Of a stretch of 38,169 nt of DNA, positions 33,867 to 38,169 are shown one piece after another. Position 1 is the first letter of the stretch, and the number at the start of each line of letters is the position of its first letter. The position numbers and the translations under genes were made by a program. The notes under the pieces were generated by a model, which was not told where the DNA came from, did not search any database, and worked only from the letters and a program-made list of their open reading frames with translations. The stretch lies in contig RFPZ01000002.1 of the NCBI GenBank assembly GCA_009925905.1, forward strand, positions 1 through 38,169, read 5' to 3'. This DNA comes from Candidatus Aquidulcis frankliniae (lineage in GTDB: Bacteria; Chloroflexota; Limnocylindria; Limnocylindrales; Limnocylindraceae).

Positions 33867-34795
33867 CGATAGTCTCCGTAGTCGACCGAACCCGATGGGG
33901 CGCTCATCGGCGTGAGCCCCTTGAAGTACTCAGCGCCAAACTTCGCCACATAGGCGGCGCGATCCGGAAGGCCGTAGACCCACTCCTGCAGCCACGCCTC
34001 GGTGGCGGCTGCATCGCGGCTGATGGTGTCCCACTCGCGGTAGAAGGCGTTGTCGCGATCGTACGAACCTTGCACGTACGACGGGTGCGCGCCGAACGGT
34101 TCACAGACCACAGCGTTGACGATGAGCCCCGGAATGATCGTGCGATTCGGATCGGCGCGAATCACACTGGCTGGCACGATCTCTTCGACGACGGCGATGA
34201 CGCGCTTCGCCGCGAAGGCCGCCTCCTTCTGGCAACCGAGCAGGCCCCACATCTGTACGTTTCCTTCAGCGTCGGCACGCTGCGCATGAATGATCGTGAC
34301 GTCGGGGTTGAGCGGCGGCACGGCGTAGACCTCTTCGCCACCGAACGGGCTTTGTACGGTGCGAATGAGGGGGTTCACTTTTGGTAGGTCACTTTCGGAG
34401 TAACTGCGCAGCGGGTAGAACGGGAGACGATGCGCACCAGCCACATAGCGACCGACCATGCCGTGGTGGCTGTACTCCTCAATCTCAAGCAGTGACTCGC
34501 CGGGTGCGAGCGCAGCCGGCTCCGTGCGTCGGCGAATTGCGTGAAGCGAGCCAACGCCAGGGTTGCCGAGCCAGCTGAAGATCAACTTCGTGGCGCAACC
34601 GGCGGCAACCATCTGGTCATACACCAAGTCGGGGGTCATGCGGGCCAAGGTCAGGTTGCGACGCTTCTGTCGAATGATCTCGTGACCGGCTGCAAACGAG
34701 ATGCAGTGGGTGAACCCTTCAATCGCAACGGTATCGCCGTCGTGTACATGCGCCGCAATTGCTGTGCGCATGTCGACGAGTTTTGAGGTGCTCAT
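33863..34795 (-). CDS. family I CoA-transferase, alpha subunit (GctA-like)
   Basis: Motifs HVHDGDTVAIEGF and TLARMTPDLVYDQMVAAG. About 310 aa, typical of glutaconate-type alpha subunits. AGGAG SD. Confidence 0.8.
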   Translation of the reverse strand: MSTSKLVDMRTAIAAHVHDGDTVAIEGFTHCISFAAGHEIIRQKRRNLTLARMTPDLVYDQMVAAGCATKLIFSWLGNPGVGSLHAIRRRTEPAALAPGESLLEIEEYSHHGMVGRYVAGAHRLPFYPLRSYSESDLPKVNPLIRTVQSPFGGEEVYAVPPLNPDVTIIHAQRADAEGNVQMWGLLGCQKEAAFAAKRVIAVVEEIVPASVIRADPNRTIIPGLIVNAVVCEPFGAHPSYVQGSYDRDNAFYREWDTISRDAAATEAWLQEWVYGLPDRAAYVAKFGAEYFKGLTPMSAPSGSVDYGDYR

Positions 34796-34843
34796 TCAGT
34801 CACTCCTGCGCAAGCTGAGTGCGGCCCGCGCATGGGCGCCCGC

Positions 34844-36142
34844 TCAGTGCCGCGCGGCGACTGCCGCTGCGGCCTCGCAGAAGATGCGAACGGCGGTCTC
34901 CATCTCGGCCTCGTTCACGACGAGTGGCGGGCTCATGCGCACGCCGCGATCGCCGCAGGTCAGAACCAAGAGGCCACGCTCAAACGCCTCCACCTCAACC
35001 TCGCCGGCAATGTCGCCATCAGTGAAGTCAACGCCGATCATCAAGCCAATGCCACGAACGTCGGTGACGTGCTTGTTCCCCTTGAGGCCGGCGCGAAGTC
35101 CCGTCAACGCCTGTGCGCCCCGATCAACCGCGTTCTGCATCAGGTTCTCGTCGCGGATCACATCAAGGGTGGCGATAGCAGCCGCCGCCGCGACTGGGTT
35201 GCCGCCGAACGTCGAGCCGTGTGAGCCGGGCTTCCAGCGCATCCAATGCTCTTTGGCAATCACGGCGCCGATCGGCATACCGGAGCCGAGGCCCTTCGCC
35301 GCAGCGACGATGTCAGGCTCGATGCCGAAGTTTTCAATTGCCCACATCTTGCCGGTGCGGCCGGCGCCAGACTGCACCTCATCGACCACGATGGCGATGC
35401 AGTACTTGTCAGCGATCGCCTTCAGTCGCGGGAAGAAATCTTTATCTGGAACGATGTAGCCGCCCTCGCCCTGTACGGGCTCAACCACAAATGCGGCAAT
35501 CTCATCACCAGGGATGGTGCGCGCAATGATGCGCTGCTCCAGTTCGTCGAGGCCCTCACTGCCAAATGGCACGTGGAGGAAGCCTGGCGCAAGTGGGCCA
35601 AAGTGGGCGTGGTACTTCGCCTTGGAATTTGTCAGGGTGAGCGAGCCAAGCGTTCGTCCGTGGAAGCCGCCAACGAATCCGACAATCCACTGGCGACCGC
35701 TCATATATCGCGCCAACTTAATGGAGGCCTCTACCGCCTCGGTTCCCGAGTTCTGAAGCAGGACCTTTGAAGGCCCCTTCCATGGTGCCGACGCGGCAAG
35801 TGCGGACGCCAGCTCCTGGTAACGCTGCTCATAAAAATCGGAGGCGCTGTAGTGCAAGAGACGCTGCGCCTGCTCCACGATCGCATCAACGACACGCGGG
35901 TGGCAGTGACCGGTGGAGTTCACAGCAATACCTGCGCAAAAGTCGAGGAAAACATTGCCGTCTTGATCTTCTACGCCCATACCGAAACCGCGGACTGGGG
36001 CAAATGGATAGGCGCGCGGCAAGCTTCCGGAGACGACCGCCTGGTCGGCGGCCACCTGAGCAAGCGCCTTCGGGCCTGGCACCTTCGTCACAAGGTGCGG
36101 CAGCGTGGCGGGCCAGGCTGCAGGCTTCTCAGCGATCGTCAT
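34844..36142 (-). CDS. gabT: 4-aminobutyrate/omega-amino acid:2-oxoglutarate aminotransferase-like (class III)
   Basis: Motifs VPGPKA, NSGTEAVEASIKLAR, DEVQSGAGRTGKMWA and STFGGNP. I chose ATG 36142 (AGGAGG upstream) over the ORF-track 36340, which overlaps the ALDH gene. Confidence 0.82.
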   Translation of the reverse strand: MTIAEKPAAWPATLPHLVTKVPGPKALAQVAADQAVVSGSLPRAYPFAPVRGFGMGVEDQDGNVFLDFCAGIAVNSTGHCHPRVVDAIVEQAQRLLHYSASDFYEQRYQELASALAASAPWKGPSKVLLQNSGTEAVEASIKLARYMSGRQWIVGFVGGFHGRTLGSLTLTNSKAKYHAHFGPLAPGFLHVPFGSEGLDELEQRIIARTIPGDEIAAFVVEPVQGEGGYIVPDKDFFPRLKAIADKYCIAIVVDEVQSGAGRTGKMWAIENFGIEPDIVAAAKGLGSGMPIGAVIAKEHWMRWKPGSHGSTFGGNPVAAAAAIATLDVIRDENLMQNAVDRGAQALTGLRAGLKGNKHVTDVRGIGLMIGVDFTDGDIAGEVEVEAFERGLLVLTCGDRGVRMSPPLVVNEAEMETAVRIFCEAAAAVAARH

Positions 36143-36197
36143 GGTGCCCCTCCTATGGATGCTTTGTATGCGGAGTGTATACGAGGGGAACCCCCGC

Positions 36198-37763
36198 TTA
36201 GCGGACGATTGTCTGACTCTGCTCGCGCAGGTACTGCTGCACGTAATAGAGGCCGCCGCCCGACTTTCCCGTCGTGCCGGACTTCTTCCAGCCTCCAAAC
36301 GGCTGAACCATTGGCCACGCGCCCGTCGTAGCGCCGGCACGGCGGTTCACATAGATCACGCCGCCATCGATGGTGTCGAGGAAGGTTTTGATCTCAGCCT
36401 CGTCCTCGGTGTAGCAACCGGCGGTCAGGGCGTACTCGCTCTCGTTGGCGAGAGCGATCCCCTCTTCAAATGAGGCAACTTTTGCGACGACGACGAACGG
36501 TGTGAAGAGCTCCTCTTTGAAGAGGCGGTGTGTTGCTGGGAGACCAGTCACCACTGTAGGCGCAACATAGAAGCCCTTAGCGAGATCGCCATCGGTCAGT
36601 TGCCCACCGCCAACAGCAATCGTGCCGTCGCGCTTCGCCTCGTCGCACGCCTTCAAGAAGGTGTCGACAGAACGCTGGTTGATGATTGGTCCAAGGAAGA
36701 CGCCGCGCACCGTTGGGTCACCAACCTTCAGCACCTTCGTCTTCTCGACAAGGTGCTTCACAAATTCGTCATGCACCGCGGCTTCAACATAGACGCGGCT
36801 ATTCGCGGAGCACTTCTGCCCACCGAGCCCGAACGCCGAACGGAGCACACCTTCGGCCGCCTTCTCAAGGTCAGCCTTCTTCGAGATGATTGTTGGATTC
36901 TTTCCGCCCATCTCCACGATGACGGGCTTTGGATAACTCTTTGCAAATGAGCGGTATACCTGCATACCAACTTCAGAAGAGCCAGTGAAGGTGATTCCTG
37001 CAACGTCGTGGCTCTCCTGGAGTTCTGCACCGACGCTTTCACCTGGCCCCATGACCATGTTGAAGACACCAGCAGGAATGCCTGCGTCACTGATCGCTTG
37101 CGACAGCAACACCGCGGAGAGCGGCGCGTCAGACGACGGCTTCAGCACGACCGAGTTGCCGGCAACGAGTGCTGCGCCAACAGGCCCACCCATGAGGGCA
37201 AACGGGAAGTTGAAGGGGCTGATCACCGCCCAGACCCCGTACGGCTTCAGAATGGTCGTTGTTTCAACCTTAGCGTCACCAAGGTTCCCCATGGTGTGGA
37301 CGTAGCCCTTATTGCGCTCAACCTCACTCGCATAGATGCGGAAGAAGTCGGCGGTCTCCTCAACGTCGCCGAGCGCCTCGAGGCGGTTCTTCCCTACTTC
37401 GATAGAGAGGAGTGCGGAATAGAGGAACTGTCGCTCGCTGATCAGCTCGGCAGCCGCGCGAATTAGCGCGACACGCTCCTGCCACGGTCGCGTCGACCAG
37501 GCTGGGTATGCGGCCTTCGCCGCTGCGATCGCGGCCTTCGCGGTAGTGCGATCACCCTTACTAAAGGTGCCAACAACGCTGCCATCGATTGGAGACTTCT
37601 TGACGAAGGTGTCGCCCGCGGTAGACCAGCTGCCATTGATGAAGTTGCCGTGCGCACCGCCCATGAGCGCGCGAGCCTGCGCGAGTCCAGCCTCATACCC
37701 AATATGGATCTCCTCGTTGGAGTCGTTCAGGGTGGCGTACGTAATCTTCAACTTCTCAGCCAT
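36198..37763 (-). CDS. aldehyde dehydrogenase, RocA/PruA (1-pyrroline-5-carboxylate dehydrogenase)-like
   Basis: ALDH core motifs VEMGGKNP (Glu) and GGQKCSANSR (Cys). The C-terminal RRAGATTGAWPMVQPFGGWKKSGTTGK tail is typical of P5CDH-type enzymes. I chose ATG 37763. Confidence 0.8.
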   Translation of the reverse strand: MAEKLKITYATLNDSNEEIHIGYEAGLAQARALMGGAHGNFINGSWSTAGDTFVKKSPIDGSVVGTFSKGDRTTAKAAIAAAKAAYPAWSTRPWQERVALIRAAAELISERQFLYSALLSIEVGKNRLEALGDVEETADFFRIYASEVERNKGYVHTMGNLGDAKVETTTILKPYGVWAVISPFNFPFALMGGPVGAALVAGNSVVLKPSSDAPLSAVLLSQAISDAGIPAGVFNMVMGPGESVGAELQESHDVAGITFTGSSEVGMQVYRSFAKSYPKPVIVEMGGKNPTIISKKADLEKAAEGVLRSAFGLGGQKCSANSRVYVEAAVHDEFVKHLVEKTKVLKVGDPTVRGVFLGPIINQRSVDTFLKACDEAKRDGTIAVGGGQLTDGDLAKGFYVAPTVVTGLPATHRLFKEELFTPFVVVAKVASFEEGIALANESEYALTAGCYTEDEAEIKTFLDTIDGGVIYVNRRAGATTGAWPMVQPFGGWKKSGTTGKSGGGLYYVQQYLREQSQTIVR

Positions 37764-37814
37764 TGGTCCATCCTTACTTGTGCGGCGCACATGCGGTACG
37801 CCATCTCGCAGAGT

Positions 37815-38169
37815 CTACCGCGCGGCGGCGGCCCGGCACGAGGGGCAGCGGCCCTGCAGGGAGAGGTGATCAAGGTCGGCGGCGTAGCCGGTGACGCGCT
37901 CAATCGCGGCGAGGATCGGCTTCGCCGCCTCTGCGTCAAGCTCAACCTCGGCACCGCAGCCATGACAGTGCACGTGGCCATGCGCGACCACCTCTTCTAG
38001 GTGGTACGTCTCACGCCCATCGACCCCATGGTGGTGCGTGGCGAACCCGAGCTCTTCGAGGAGATCAAGCGTGCGGTAGACCGTCGACGGGGTGGCCGAG
38101 GGATCAGCAGCCCGCACGCGCTCAACCAATTCAGCCCCGGTCGCATGACCGTCGGAGGCGGCGAGCACG
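37815..38169 (-). CDS. Fur-family metalloregulator (N-terminus beyond window edge)
   Basis: Motifs TVYRTLDLLEELG (wHTH), HHHG, HCHGCG and CPSC (structural Zn CxxC pairs). The frame is open to the window end. Confidence 0.82.
   Translation of the reverse strand, partial: VLAASDGHATGAELVERVRAADPSATPSTVYRTLDLLEELGFATHHHGVDGRETYHLEEVVAHGHVHCHGCGAEVELDAEAAKPILAAIERVTGYAADLDHLSLQGRCPSCRAAAAR

Noticed and set aside
34796-34843. Partly self-complementary GC-rich stretch (CTGAG...CTCAG) between the gabT-like and CoA-transferase genes
   Set aside because: The inner pairing is poor when written out (several mismatches). It is probably just GC-rich spacer carrying the AGGAG SD.
33464-35459. Long antisense ORFs (307 aa at 33464..34387; 252 aa at 34701..35459) opposite the CoA-transferase and gabT-like genes
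   Set aside because: Same reasoning. They have Arg/Ser/Pro/Ala-rich low-complexity translations, no start-site signals (no SD or -10), and the opposite strand carries well-supported genes. The same applies to 566..1192(-), 4107..4775(+), 12488..13213(+), 19219..19917(+), 24265..24966(+), 28100..28687(+) and the many 60-170-aa ORFs in the track.
36184-36196. GGGG-aa-CCCC(C) hairpin after the ALDH stop as an intrinsic terminator
   Set aside because: The stem is only about 4 bp, the loop is too small, and no U-tract follows. The gabT-like gene follows with its own SD, which is consistent with read-through.
1-38169. Scan for tRNA/rRNA genes, CRISPR repeats, IS/transposase/integrase genes, toxin-antitoxin or phage-defence modules, riboswitch-sized leaders
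   Set aside because: None found by eye. Every ORF above about 100 aa on the coding strand has a housekeeping or metabolic assignment. No intergenic region exceeds about 130 nt, and I noticed no repeat longer than the 13-mer reported. A computational scan (tRNAscan-SE, Infernal/Rfam, repeat finder) is still needed to exclude small RNAs.

Overview
High-GC (roughly 60-65% by eye, not computed), very gene-dense chromosomal segment. It looks like the core genome of an Actinomycetota-type bacterium: TAGGAT/TAGAAT -10 boxes, many apparently leaderless starts, F420 biosynthesis, a SenX3/RegX3-like pair and sufB-sufD-Rieske. I call 35 protein-coding genes; the first and last are cut by the window edges. 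I see no tRNA, rRNA, CRISPR array, IS or transposase, phage or defence genes. Intergenic space is tiny (the longest gap is about 130 nt), and all convergent gene pairs but one abut or overlap at their stop codons. Content by theme: (1) a CofC/FbiD-CofE fusion for F420; (2) trxB chained to a sensor-less histidine kinase and an OmpR-type regulator; (3) a dense phosphate/polyphosphate cluster (DUF971-ppk1, CYTH, ppx, phoU, sixA-like, GDPD, senX3-like), with regX3-like separated from its kinase by proS; (4) DtxR-family regulator-gltX, a tail-anchored J-protein, asparaginase II plus omega-aminotransferase, and divergent mmsA; (5) sufB-sufD-Rieske without sufC/sufS, followed by mbfA-like iron exporter-lgt-mdh; (6) an orphan RND pump and osmC; (7) a Fur-family-headed operon of P5CDH-like ALDH, gabT-like aminotransferase, two-subunit CoA-transferase and a second class-III aminotransferase. 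I found no clear-cut novel system. The most checkable oddities are unusual fusions and couplings, the recurrent leaderless promoter geometry, and a GDPD gene whose catalytic N-terminus has no canonical start codon. All family calls rest on motif recognition by eye, not on searches.
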